A stretch of 63,367 bases of DNA, counting the filler, from Choristocarpus tenellus KU-1152 (taxonomy: Eukaryota > Protista > Phaeophyceae): assembly GCA_964200185.2 (NCBI GenBank). It is 12 parts of 12 records of this genome, joined end to end, with 100 filler letters (N's around TTAATTAATTAA, not from the genome) between each part and the next. Parts side by side here need not be neighbours in the genome. Positions count along the whole stretch, not along the records: positions 1 to 2,679 come from CAXNAD020025710.1; positions 2,780 to 5,307 come from CAXNAD020027041.1; positions 5,408 to 13,474 come from CAXNAD020005205.1; 9 more parts are not named here. One strand, written 5' to 3'. This document shows, one piece after another, positions 1 to 12,331 of this stretch. The notes below the pieces were generated by a model. The model was given only the letters and a program-made list of their open reading frames with translations, made no database searches and was not told where the DNA came from. Both the position numbers and the translations under genes were made by a program. Numbering within the stretch: the first letter of the stretch is position 1; each line of letters begins with the position of its first letter.

Positions 1-274
1 TATGTTTAGCATATTTTATTTCTTTAGGGCTAATAACGACATGTATATATATATTTTTTTATTGTTATTATGACCTCTGACATTTTGACATATATATATA
101 AATGCTTTTTCATTGGTTTTCCTCTATAACACATGTGCAAAATGTCGTAAGGCATAATAATAAAAATAAATAGATGTGTTTGATGATGTGCTTTTATACC
201 TATCAAAATACAATTTGCCGATCATACCACCACATAGTCGTCAGTCACCCAACCATTCATATCAGATATTAACT

Positions 275-381
275 GGGTCAAAGTATCTTGGGGGGGGGGG
301 GTGGTTTATGAGGGGGCGTCCCTTTCGGACAAAAAACCCTTTTTTTNNNNNNNNNNCCTCCCCCCCAAGATACTTTGACCC
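275..381. mobile_element. MITE family B (Sola2-like non-autonomous), with an internal N gap
   Basis: TIR gggtcaaagtatcttgggg...ccccaagatactttgaccc; flanks aact/aaca. Confidence 0.8.
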
Positions 382-1037
382 AACATTGTCCGATTTCACC
401 AAGAATTCCTATAGTTTTGTCTATACCTAGTCTTTCTGTGAAATAGTTGACAATTAAACCATGGATGCACGGTGGAGTTGACCCTGAGAACAAACAAAAC
501 GTTAAGAAAAAGGGGTTGAGTCTCTATCCCAAGTTATATTGTAGTAACCAGATCACATATATGTATCCAGCGTAGTACTAGTGTATGTATATGGGGATAT
601 GGTTATTTACAGATCGTTTGGGGGTTTCTTTGTCTAGGTAAAAAAATAAGGTGAGGATTAAAGTTATGATACTTTCGTTTTACCAATTATATACAAATCG
701 ACTTGGAAGTAGAACAACATCAGCGTCATGGTTAGATATGACTACCATTCTGTTTTGGGGATCGTTGGATCCTGCAAAGTGGCGAATATCTGCAACAGAA
801 TCTTCTGCGGAGTGTTTGGTATGGTTCTTTTCTTCCCCATCACAACTCAAAGGGGAAAATCTTCACTTTCAAAAAAGTACAAACTCTTGTTAGGTGCATG
901 GTATCGTGTCCATTGTCGTCATATCTATAGGGATGTGGGGTCGGGAATCGTAAGAACCTCTGTAAGAACCTCTGGACCCCACCTCAAAGACACCCTCAAC
1001 CCCATTCTCAGCAACCTCCATTTGAATTAACCAATCC

Positions 1038-2355
1038 ATGGCCTCGTCGTCGTCGGCGTCGCTTGAGGGGGAGAGAGAATGGTTGCCTCTCACCAGTGGT
1101 GATCATGCGGTGTTGGGGATTACAATCGGATACCAGTTGGTCGTGTTGGTCACTGTAGCACATCTTTTGTGGTGGAGAGACTGGCCTCCGTATGTGACAA
1201 AGAACATCGCTATCATATGCTTCACTGGCGTTGCTGGAGTGATCGCCTATTTTGGGGCTCTCGTTGCATATGGTGTGATAGACCGACAGGAAGATGACTT
1301 TCTAGGTAAGAGGTAAGAGAATGGAAGCCGTTCTATCCAAATGACCTGGACCCCAAGAGCATGGGGGCAATGTACGTTATCTCATTTTCCCGTAACGTCC
1401 TTTACCATGTTCTGTGGAAACACCCAGCGAATTGTGCTGTCGAGGCATTGTTTGACTACACAGGGTGGGGTCTTTGGACGTCGGCTATCTTGGTGCGTTT
1501 CTATCGCAGCTGGAAGCTACTTATACGACATACCATCAACATGTGGCCACCCTCTGGACAGATCGCCCTCGTTGTCTTACCGTGGTTGTGAGTGACACCG
1601 ACTATTGGATGTGGGTGAATAAGAACGCTAGGAGTATGCAACTAGGAAAGAAAAACAGTTTTAGTGGTGTACTAGTGGGTAGGGGCACGTTTGCCCGTTA
1701 CAGTGAAATATGTCATCTCATTTCAAGCATCAAGTTTAGAAGTTGATGTGTAACCACTGACTATACCTCTCCTTCCATGACCTTGGGCAAACCCTGGACG
1801 GAAGAATACCAGTGTTCGCATACACCCTCGAGCCCAACTTAGCAAGCTTCGACTACTCTGGCAATTGGTGCGACATCAACGTGCCTATCGACGTCGCCCT
1901 TTACGTGTACGGCACAGCTTCGATCGCAGTGGCTTACTGCTTGGCCTATCAGATGCGCCATGTTCGGAGGCAGATGAATGAGTATATGATGCAGGTACTT
2001 CAGCTCACGTTCCTCCTGGCTACTGGCACAATTATATTCCCTCTCTTAGAAGCTTGGCTTGAGGAGCAGGACGATATTCGGAGGCAGTGGATTATGTTCG
2101 ACAACATTCTGGTAAGACATGATACATGAACACCAAAAGTTGCACAATGGTGGCAATACTCTAAACCCTGGCATTGAACCCTCAGGGCACAATACCAACC
2201 TAGGGTAGTAAGTTTCTGTGAGAAGCACAGGCCGCACCTACATTTCTACATCATTGATTTGTTACTGGTCGATAAACAACCCCTACAATTGGCACCGTTC
2301 ACTGTAGTCAACAATATCCTTGAGAGTATTGTTTCTAGTCCGTTTGAGAGAATGA
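1038..2355 (+). CDS. 7TM protein resembling the N-terminal 7TM domain of plant RGS1 (7TM-RGS family). Exons 1038-1305, 1428-1587, 1805-2111, 2308-2355; about 260 aa as read.
   Basis: GT-AG junctions are phase-compatible (1, 2, 0). Multiple hydrophobic helices. Motifs NCAVEALFDYTGWGLWTSAILVRFYR, LVVLPWL and YQMRHVRRQMNEY parallel AtRGS1 YCYLW..GFGLLMS, LVLLPWI and AVRHVEFRFDEL (recalled from memory). Exon 4 is less certain. Confidence 0.7.
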
Positions 2356-2655
2356 TCAAGGTGTGCAGGACTTGCATACCTTAGGAGACCAGTCACAGGT
2401 CATTGATAGTCTCATTCCAGCCTTCAATAAAATGGAACGTGCCCTATTCTAGGACTTCTCATTAGGCCAGGTAAATGCAAAGGGACAAGTCTGTGGGTCA
2501 GACTTGTTCCCATATTTCCTGACATGTTTAGACCAGGTCCACCGATTGTTGGAACCTGTCTGATTTGTGTGCCAGCATGAGACTGAACAGATACCAATAT
2601 TCTCAGACATGAACCAGGGCTGTCAAAGATTGTAACCTGATTTAGTGGCATACCA

Positions 2656-2813
2656 GGCTCAAAGTATCTGGGAGGGGGTNNNNNNNNNNNNNNNNNNNNN
2701 NNNNNNNNNNNNNNNNNNNNNNNTTAATTAATTAANNNNNNNNNNNNNNNNNNNNNNNNNNNNNNNNNNNNNNNNNNNNCGCTCTTCCGGTCGCCCCCCA
2801 GATACTTTGACCC
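2656..2813. mobile_element. MITE ends on either side of a spacer gap (family C end 2656-2679, family B end 2780-2813)
   Basis: ggctcaaagtatctggg on the left; cagatactttgaccc on the right. Confidence 0.7.
2680..2779. other. Artificial 100-nt contig spacer. Others start at about 5308, 13475, 16937, 22401, 36734, 45808, 49681, 53537, 56921 and 60695.
   Basis: N run + TTAATTAATTAA (stop codons in all six frames) + N run, same pattern each time. Confidence 0.97.
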
Positions 2814-3030
2814 ATCTCGTCATACCAACCATAATGTGGTCTTGAGAAAATAGAGGATCCTTTCAGCTACCCATGGATACACATGTGGGAACATTTTTGT
2901 TATACATAGAGGAGCAACTCCCAAAAACCACCCTACTTTCACCTTCAACGTAGTAGGGGGAGGGATAAGATGCGGTAGTCCATTTCCAGTTATAGTTCGG
3001 TTTTTCGGTTTTCTAAATCGCCCCCCCTCT

Positions 3031-3287
3031 GATTGAAAGTATCTTAGAGGGTACGAGTTTCCCCCTGTTCGTACATTTGGGGGCTTGACTTCCCATGTGT
3101 TTTTTTTTACATTTTCCTACTCCAAAATATTTAGGAGTAGGTAAAATGTATACGTTATGAAAAGGTGTGTCCGGAACAAGGATATACGCTTCCTAATAAA
3201 CACGTTAGCCAAAACTACATCAAAATCGCAACATTGGATTGTGGTCCCCAAATGGACGCGGATCTACCCTCTAAGATACTTTGGCTC
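3031..3287 (-). mobile_element. MITE family A (about 255 bp), full copy
   Basis: TIR gattgaaagtatcttagagggta...taccctctaagatactttggctc; exact 4-bp TSD ctct. Confidence 0.9.
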
Positions 3288-3949
3288 CTCTTCCTCATCA
3301 TCAAAACCTAACTCAGCTTCTCCACCATCGGCCACTACAATAACTTGTTGATTTGCGACTCTCTCCGAACTCACTCCACCACCTCCAATGCTACCAATGG
3401 CCACCTCGATCGGGAGTCCTTCTCCATTCAATTTACGCTGGCCTTTCATAATTTTCCTGACTTCAGTGAGTGCTGGGTACCATGAAGAAGTTGTTGTATG
3501 TCAATACTTACATATATGTACATGTATTGATTAATTCCCTGTTAAGGTTGGACAGGATGGAAACGAAAAACGGATGGGAGAAAGAATTTGACTCATCTCC
3601 TGAAAAAGGGAGGTTCTTTCCTGGCAATCACTAGTTTCACTCAGCATCAATTATTCACCGCCCATTACTTGCAACAGTGTCTCCTAACCTTCACACCCCA
3701 GTCTTCTTCACTTCCACCATCTAATTCTTTCTTACATACCGTACCCCCTCACACAAGAAAAGTATGAATTGTATAAATTTGTGATACCATGGTAACAGAA
3801 AATTCTGGATTTCGATGCAAGGATCATAGAACACGTCCTTAACGCATGTTGTAGATTAGAGTTTTGCAATCAAGTGGTGTAACAAGGTCGTGAGAATACG
3901 CACCAGGGTACCAACTATAACTGGAAAATTATCGCAGTAGTGAGTTGAG

Positions 3950-4560
3950 GTCAGATTTAAGAACTGGCCCTATTAGATAGAGACAGAAGTTCCCACAGGA
4001 ATGCCACCGATTTTGTCTTGCTATTTTTTCAAGAAATCGGTAGTACACATAACCAATGGGTTGTGTTTCGAGGTGCCTATACACTCACTACCGAAGACAG
4101 TTTCCAGCACTCGGGACCCCGCACTCAACTTGGCCTATCCATCGTACAATGAAGGATTAGTATGGGTCAGTGAATAGGCTAAAGTGTCCAAGGTTGGTGG
4201 GTGCCACACCCAAAATTGTAGCGAATGTTGCATTTTTGTAGGGGAAGTGGGAAGGTGCTTCACACAACCTGTGCATTCATCAGCAAGCGCAACTACAATG
4301 GGTCACCATCATCATCACTGATACTGAATTCAAGGCAGTGTGAGAGCTTTGATACGGGGCCATGCATTCTTTCACACACACCATGATCAGTTCGTAGTGG
4401 TGTAGCTTTTTAACCGAATGTAAGCATTCCAGCCCCAGGATCTCCCATCATTGAAGGGAGATGATGGCAGCTTAGAGCAAGATAAACCTTGGAGTATTTG
4501 GTGATCACTATGTTGTACACTACTGGGAGTCTGCACCATTTGTAAACACAAAGAACATTC
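3950..4560 (-). pseudogene. Degenerate Copia-like integrase relic
   Basis: Minus-strand fragments YTT..DHGVCERMHG and PTNLGHFSLF resemble YTPQQNGVAER and P.L.HLRVFG; many stops and frameshifts. Confidence 0.35.
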
Positions 4561-4934
4561 TAACCGTCTCAAGAATGTTTCCAGAGGTGCATTTTGTAAA
4601 ATTACATAGATGTGCGGTCAATTGTTACTATTCTGAGGAGCAAAAACAGAATTTGATTGATCTAGAAAAGCTAGCAAGAGCGTTGATGCTTACAGAAAGC
4701 AGTGTAGAGGATGGCTTCTTTTTGCAGGGCTCAACACAATACTGGTAGCATTTTCTTCTGGATAATTAATCTAATTTCTATTGCTTTGAACAGCTCTGAA
4801 GCACACAATTGTAATTGACCAATATTAATCTCGTTGAGTAATTGTGACGTAGACTACAATAGACAAGCTTCAGATCAATGGCCCCTCATACTCTCCGGCC
4901 CACTTCTAGAAGTATATATGGCGATGAAAATATT

Positions 4935-5175
4935 GAGTCAAAGTATCTTAGAGGGTAGAGCTGCGTCCATTTGAGGGCCAAATTCGAATGTTGCGAATGT
5001 TATGTAATTTTGGAAATGTCAGTATTCATATTCCGGATACACCTTTTCATAACATGCACACTTTACCTACTCCAAAACATTTTGGAGTAGGAAAATGTCA
5101 CACAAGAACCATGGGAAGCCAAGACCCAAATGGACAAACGAGGCAAAACCCATACCCTCTAAGATACTTTCACTC
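4935..5175 (+). mobile_element. MITE family A, copy with a small internal deletion
   Basis: gagtcaaagtatcttagagggta...taccctctaagatactttcactc; flanks tatt/attg. Confidence 0.9.
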
Positions 5176-5269
5176 ATTGGTGCAACCAGGATGACCCCTT
5201 TGGAGCAGGGTTTCAACTAGGGTTTCATTTAAGTTTATGGCATGGTTTGACCTACAATGAAACTGCTCA

Positions 5270-5307
5270 GGGTCAAAGTATCTTGGGGGGGGGGGTGTCG
5301 GCGTCCG
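5270..5307. mobile_element. MITE family B end, truncated by a gap
   Basis: gggtcaaagtatcttgggggggg. Confidence 0.75.
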
Positions 5308-6996
5308 NNNNNNNNNNNNNNNNNNNNNNNNNNNNNNNNNNNNNNNNNNNNTTAATTAATTAANNNNNNNNNNNNNNNNNNNNNNNNNNNNNNNNNNNNN
5401 NNNNNNNATACCAAGCAATCTCGTCGGGTTTATCACCTTTATCCTCTTTGATGATTTTGGGGATACTTTAACAGGATGCAATATAAACAGAGTTAAATCC
5501 ATCCTTCAAAACCCTTCTCTGCCAAGGTAACATCCCTCTTCACGGAGGATTAATTTCTTCATTTGAATGTCTCAATGAATGACCACACTGTTTCTACCAA
5601 TCACCGTCTTCATGAGAAATATATGCCACAGACACAACAGTACCCATCTCACTTCAACCAAAGTCTGATTAAGAGATCCCTTCAGACACATAAAACCGAA
5701 CCCGCAGGTGTCTTGTTGCACTGTCAATTATCCCGTTATCCAACAATAGTTCAACAACTCTATATTCTCCTACAGAATCATCTTTTGCACATGAATAAAA
5801 AAATATTCTTAACACACCCTCACCAATCAACCCTCTGATTTTTATCAGCGTCATACCTGAATCACTTCTCTTCCTAATACCTCCTTGCGATTGTTGCAAC
5901 CACTTTCAAAATCCTATATTGCGTCAAGGACCATGTCCAAAGCTACTAAAATAACGTCACAGAAGAGGACCGGAGAAGTTGCTTGCGTCACACCCTAAGC
6001 GCAAGGAACACGATCCACATCGTAAACTCTGGATTCCTATCACAGGAATTCAACGCAAACCTGCTGGATAAGGAAAGAGTCGCCTCCATGCTAAAGAAGC
6101 TCAACAGGGATCCCCAAAAGGCAGCGGACAATATCGCGGCCATCCTTAGTGGTCCGCCTTTCTCCATGTGCTTTCGATGGAAGACGGAGAATGAATTGAG
6201 GGAACAGATGAACGAATGCGAGTTTTCCCCCACCCTTCCAGTGAGTCACCTTTTAAGTCGTTACATCAGAAGTAGATTCGTGAATTTGGACAAGACGGGG
6301 AACCGTAAGGATCCGGCCGATCATAACAACATTAACGATGATCACGAAGGAGAGGACTTTCCCGTTGAGCATCCAGCTCCTCGAGTTTATGGACAAAAAA
6401 TGGGCCTCGAATGTCATGGCGAATCTACAGTGATGCTGCCAGAGGAAGCTTGAGTGGAAAATATTTCCGCAAAGCACCAGAGAGAAGGCGGAGTCGATTT
6501 CCATTAGAGAAAGTGTGGTTTCGAGCAAATCCCACATCCCAAATGTGGTGGACCTATTTGGTCTGCTGGGTGCGGGCTATGAAGAAGTTCCGGAGAGATT
6601 TCCCTAGTGAGCAGGCCCATCCCTGCACTCAGAGAGACAACAGTAACGAGAGAGAGAGGCTAAGGGGATTCGCCAGACAGTGTAACCAGTACTCTCTGGA
6701 GGACATCAACTTTCGACAAAGCAACGCCGCCTTCGATACAGCAGTGACAAGAAGGGTTGCTGCCAAGATCATGGCATTACTTAAGAAGGCATGGGAAGAT
6801 ACCAACATGGAGAATGATATAAGTAAAGTGTATGAGAATACCGCAAATGAGTTCTACAACGCTGTTGCCACTCTGGTCCAGATATGTGCGGACCAAGGTA
6901 AAATTACGACGACGATTATTTTTCAAGTGTTTCTATGCATCGTCAGATATCAATGCTTTCTCTTTTGTATTCTGGTGGACCTGAACAACCGTGATA

Positions 6997-7256
6997 GAAC
7001 CAAAGTATCTTAGAGGGTAGAACCGCGTTCATTTGGGGGCAAAATCCAATGTTGCGATTTTGATGCACTTATGGCCATCGAGTTAGTTAGGAAGTGTCAA
7101 TATCCATGTTCTGGACACACACCTTTTCATAATCTATACATTTTACCTACTCCAAAACATTTTGGAGTAGGAAAACGTTATAAAAAAACCCATGGGAAGC
7201 TAAGTCTTAAATGGACAACCAGGGCAAAACTCGTACCCTCTAAGATACTTTCATTC
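6997..7256 (+). mobile_element. MITE family A, full copy
   Basis: Same TIRs; exact TSD gata. Confidence 0.92.
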
Positions 7257-8752
7257 GATATTTTAAGCTAACGACACAACTCTTTCTCTCCATCGACCTC
7301 ACCCCTTTATGAGCAAAAATGTACAATTTCGAGAAAGTTCTACTCAGCGTGTGGAAGGAGCACAAGAGGAGGGACGGTTCCAATGTAAGTCTCTCACAAT
7401 TCCAAGTATGTCCACAACACGACCCAGACACACCACAATGAGTCATCTCGTTTTTATATGAGGAGTTGGTACCTTGATTCAAACCTGTTTGCCGATACCG
7501 TGGATAACAAGGGTATGAACAACTCAACCCCCATTTACATGTTCCGATACATCTCTGTAGTCGCCCTGTCCTGTTCAATGCAGTATAAATTAACACTTAA
7601 TAAGGGTAACTTCGACTTTAGGGCTGTACATACATTCACTGTGCTTTGGAATGTCAACCACGATGTCGCAATGGACTCCCTCAGGAATAGTGCGGATTCA
7701 GCCATAGCTACAGGACACAGGTGGGACGCACGTCTGTGTATCATTAGGCGCGAACAGGGTTGTCATCTTTTGTATCGACTCAAAGTAACGAAAATTGCAT
7801 CCTTTTTGTATCTTATGTATACTCGATGCAGAGCGAGTTCCGTATCTGAAGTTGGGGCAATGTCAACCAGAGAAAAAGTAAGATAGATGAGCTTACGATA
7901 AGATAAAGATGTAAAAAGATAAAGATGTAAACCAGATATTGGCGATTCCGATGAGAAGAAAAAAACAGGCGTTGAAAATATAACTAGAATATTTGTTGGT
8001 GAGACCTCGTATTATTGCACATGCTATATACGCGTATGTTTGATCGATGTTGCCTATTTCTAAGTTAGTGCACACTCTGATCTTTCCAAGGAGTACTCCA
8101 TGTTGTTTCTCACACTGGGTGACGACTATCGCTGTTCTCACTAATTTTGTTATCTGGTCATAAAACTATATCATTTCCCATGCCCAAAAACAGCGTATCC
8201 TTGTCCCTCCTTGTGCGTAGATCCAGAAGCATATACAGATCCAATACTTTGCACGAATGAGCAAAGATGTCTTGACTGAAAAAGTCCCTTCTATCCTTGG
8301 AGAGGACACTCCTCAAGGCCGAAAATGGAAGGACATCGTAGAATCTGCTGCTCGTATCTTTTCCGAGTTAGCAGCTAGTAAATTAACATGTAAAACGCCC
8401 TCCCTGTCGTGTGTTGTCAGGACCGAGACCTTCCCAGAAGGGGTAAGCCCCGGATTTTCATAGGAATCGTCTAACCCTATGAACAAATGCCTGTAGTAGT
8501 ACCGATCAGATCGCTTCTCACTCTACCATCTGAAGTATGTGTACAAGGCTTACACGCTCACAACACATACAACTTCCGTCTTTGGCCACTCCCCATGCAC
8601 TTCCTCTCCACACTTCTCCTCGATATTAAGGGGGTTACACGTAACAAAAAACGAGACAGCGATCGCACCAAGCTCAACAAAACTTCACCCAAGGGCAAGA
8701 AGAAAAGGACTAACGATATGGAAACAACAGAAAAACATAATGTCGATGATGA

Positions 8753-8962
8753 GACTCAAAGTATCTTGGGGGGGGGGGGGTCTACACCATGGTCGCAGGG
8801 GGGGGTGGTAGGTCTACACCAGGGTGTCTATTCAGGCCCTGACCAGGAAACGTGTACTTACGTTATCCATTTGACACATACAAACAAATACCCCAAAACC
8901 GTGACATGGAAAAATGGACCCCAAAATGGACAGCCGCCACCCCCCCTCAGATACTTTGAGCC
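8753..8962 (+). mobile_element. MITE family C (about 180-210 bp), full copy with an internal duplication
   Basis: gactcaaagtatcttgggg...cagatactttgagcc; TSD atga. Confidence 0.9.
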
Positions 8963-9935
8963 ATGATGAAACGAGAGACCTACCATTGGACACGGACAAA
9001 GTGAGGGTGGCACATTTGAGGAGGATGCACCTCAAACAGGTTTCATGTAGGAGGCCGTACTTGAGGTCCCGTTCTTATCACGAATGAGCTGAAGGAGAAG
9101 ATAGGCTCGGAATCGACCCTCAGGCGCAAGTCCCTTCGGAAGCAAGCACCACTGAGGAAAACCCCAACACCCTATCAGAAAAGGTTCTTGTGACAGTGTT
9201 CACGGTTTGCCCTCTAGTCTTTCTTGTGTGTTGTCATCCTTAACCGAATCCAAATACAGCTAGTCTCCTCCTTTGATTCGAACCGTATAAGATTTTTATA
9301 ACAACTCTAACTCCGTTCGAATCACAGTGACCCCCTTTTCACTTCAAACGTCCACCCTACCCCAATATTTTGGAAGGTGGGGAGGAGATCACTGTTAAGG
9401 AATGTGGAGAAAGGGTGATGTCTTCCTGAAGATCGTCCAATTCTCGAAAGATGTTGCCCTCGACAACGGCAATAAAGACGAAGGCAAGCAAGTGAAGTAA
9501 TCTTTTGATCACGACATGATAGAGGGACATGCGATAGAGGAACGATGAAGTATTTGTTACTTTGGGAATGAAGAAAAAAGATTATACTTCAGATTGGTTA
9601 TATTCGTGTGTAAGTGTAAGTATGGTGTATTGATATATGCAGTTCAACAAACCATATGAAACGGGGAAAAGAAAATTCAGAGGTTGCCGAAGATACTCTG
9701 TGCCATGCTTAACAATGATATGGTAGTGTGGAGGGGAAGAATTCAAATTGCGTACACACGTTTCGTAAATGTATGTGGCACATAAACATAAAAAAATCCA
9801 TACAAATTCCTCGCCCCTAAATCTTTGGCATGTATTGACAGAGACTTACCAAAGATTATAGGTTGGTGGAAGGAGGGGAGATGTGACTTCACACATGCTC
9901 ACCAGCTCAAGTAGTTGTTTTTTGGTTTCAGGTCG

Positions 9936-10194
9936 GAGTGAAAATATCTTAGAGGGTACGAGTTTTGCCCTGTTTGTCCATTTGGGACTTGACTTCCCAT
10001 GGCGTATTTTTATGACATTTATTTTTCCTCCTCCAAAATTTTTCGGAGCAGGTAAAATGTGTAAGTCATGAAAAGGTGTGTCCGGAACAAGGATATTGAC
10101 ACTTCCCAACAAACACGATAGACAAAATTACATCAAAATCACGACATTGGATTTTGACCCCAAATGGACAAGGCCCTCTAAGATACTTTGGCTC
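9936..10194 (-). mobile_element. MITE family A, full copy
   Basis: Same TIRs; exact TSD gtcg. Confidence 0.92.
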
Positions 10195-11093
10195 GTCGAA
10201 CTCGAAGTAAGGGTGGTGAATTTATCACAGACTGATGAATTCCTGTTCCTTCAACACTGTGTCGGCGACCAAGTTTGCAAGGTCTGGACCTAGTTTTGTA
10301 GACTCGAGGGTTAGAACTGTCAGTCAGCGCCTAAGTACAAGCATAATTGATAGAAACGATCTCCCCGCTGCGAACTAGTAGGATTGGTCAAGTTGAATAT
10401 CCTTCTCTGAAAAACACCAGCTTGGTTCAATATTTGGATTCAAATTTGAATTTAGGTATCTACCAGGGTGATCACAGCTACTATCCCGGGGAATAACGCC
10501 TCGTTACCTCAATAACCATTCTTCCCCTGATGCAAAGCGAGATTGATAGCCTTAAACACTATGCAGTGTCTCACACAGGGTTTCATCCTCATCGCACCAT
10601 GTTGGGGTACACCAAACTCCTTGTCATGTATTCGCTTCATTGTTGTTATGAGGTGCTTTGGTGATCACAGGGTAACACCATTTGAGGAGCTTTGCTTTGC
10701 AAACCTATCTCTGTGTACCCTCCGTCAATCGCAAACACATTCGAAACTTGGCCTAACCTTTTGACCAAAGGAGGGTATATTTCTGTCTTGGTTCTAATTT
10801 GCGAAGACTGTTTTTTTTAATTATTATTCATGCTAATGTTCCTATTATTATTCACATTTTATGCAAGCTTATATCGCCATCCCTTCGCAGCTCTGAAGTA
10901 CCTCTCGTTTACACCAAACCTTTACAGTATGCGATGCTCGCAAGTTAGATGCATCCAAAAATAAGCGTGCGTCTGTGTACAGGTCGTTTTCGTAAAGGAT
11001 TTTACCATAGTTTTATCGATGAAGGAATTGGTAAGATTATTCAAAAAACAAAATAATTAATGACACTAAATGATGACTCTATATTTTTCCATA

Positions 11094-12331
11094 CTTCCTC
11101 AGGTCAAAGACACAAACGTACATACAACGGGGATACAAAATGCATTTTTCATGCAACTCACGTAACCAAATCGACCGAAATTCGCGACATGGCCCACCCC
11201 TGACCCACATGGACAGTCGTCACCCCAACCCACATACCCCAATATAAAATTCATGTGGAGATGTTCCAAAAAAAATAGCAAGTTCTTAAACAAACTTATC
11301 TCCATCCCCTTTTTGCAGCTCGAGGATATCTCTCCCTTACCCCAAGTCCCCCTGTATGCCACAATATCGACGTACGCCTACGAAAAGAAGTTTTTCGTAC
11401 CATACCTCACCATACCTAAATCAATTAAACCATTTAGTCGCTTCAATTCAAGTCCAAATAATCAATTACACGATTCATCATACTTGAATCAATTGAACAA
11501 CTGGTTTCACTCCAACTAATCTGACTAATTCATAACCCAAATCGTCATACCACTCCACAATGGATGAAAACATTTGTTCACTTCATGTATAAACCACGAG
11601 TTAACCCTAACTAACCAACGACAAGATATTTCTCAATACTTACTGAGCAAAGCACACAAAAACGGGTACTTCACCATGTTTAAAACTAACCCCAACCAAT
11701 TTTTTCCTTCATAAAAGTCTAAATTATAAATCGCACAATGCAATGACAGCATATATATTTCCGTACTAAACCCTAACCCAAGTATAACGAAGTATTTATA
11801 AACACGTTTCTACAAAATACATTTGCAAGCAACTAACCCTAAAATCGTGACATATTACAATCGATCCCAAATAGACAGTCATTCCCCCTTCCCAGATAGT
11901 TTGGCCCTGGAGACGACCAACACAGAGGAGCTGGTGAAGGCCACAACGGAGGCGTTTGATGTGTACCCCTGGGAGGCACTAGAGTGCGTCCGGCAGAGCC
12001 TCTTCATAGTCTACGGCGAAGTGCTGGGGTCTAACGGTGGCATGTCTTCAAAATTATTATCTTAACAAGGAAAAGGCTGAGAAGGCGGGCAAACTCCCCT
12101 TAAATGCCTACGTGGATGCAGCAAAATACCGTGTTGGAATGGAGATATGGAAGGCTTCGGGTATGGAATGATAGATAGGTGTAGGTTGCCCCATTTTGGT
12201 TGAGATTTTGGTGGGCAGCCATTTTAGTCTCTACAGAATACACCCATTAAATATGAACATCTGAAGAAAAAATATTTCTTCTTTATCAGGGCTGCAAAAT
12301 TTATGTTTCATTTACTTTCGAACGGAGGTAG
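11094..12331 (+). mobile_element. Internally deleted mariner (plant/oomycete DD39D, Stowaway-type ends) retaining the transposase C-terminus (about 11895-12120)
   Basis: Right end acggaggtag|ta and left end ta|cttcctcaggtc resemble TA|CTCCCTCCGT. Peptide TEELVKATTEAFDVYPWEALECVRQSL..YGEVLGSNGG matches the mariner C-terminal I.ELI.AV..AF...L...GGN.Y pattern. Confidence 0.65.

Larger units (their letters stand above)
5933..9050 (+). pseudogene. Disrupted coding-like region of unknown family, interrupted by two MITEs
   Basis: Overlapping long ORFs 5983-6453 and 6411-7013, plus 7458-7886, 8257-8463 and 8487-8966, with protein-like composition and frameshifts; no recognised motif. Confidence 0.35.

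Noticed and set aside
2724-2735. Recurrent TTAATTAATTAA palindrome as a biological motif
   Set aside because: Always embedded in fixed N runs; assembly spacer
5983-7013. RGS domain continuing the 7TM gene
   Set aside because: No RGS motif (such as EN..F); separated by two spacers; frameshifted
8753-8962. MITEs acting as introner elements
   Set aside because: No consistent GT/AG at their termini, and none lies in an intact exon
10200-10770. Copia RNase H relic (also possible retro relics at 20500-22300 and 47250-47800)
   Set aside because: Motifs too decayed to support by eye
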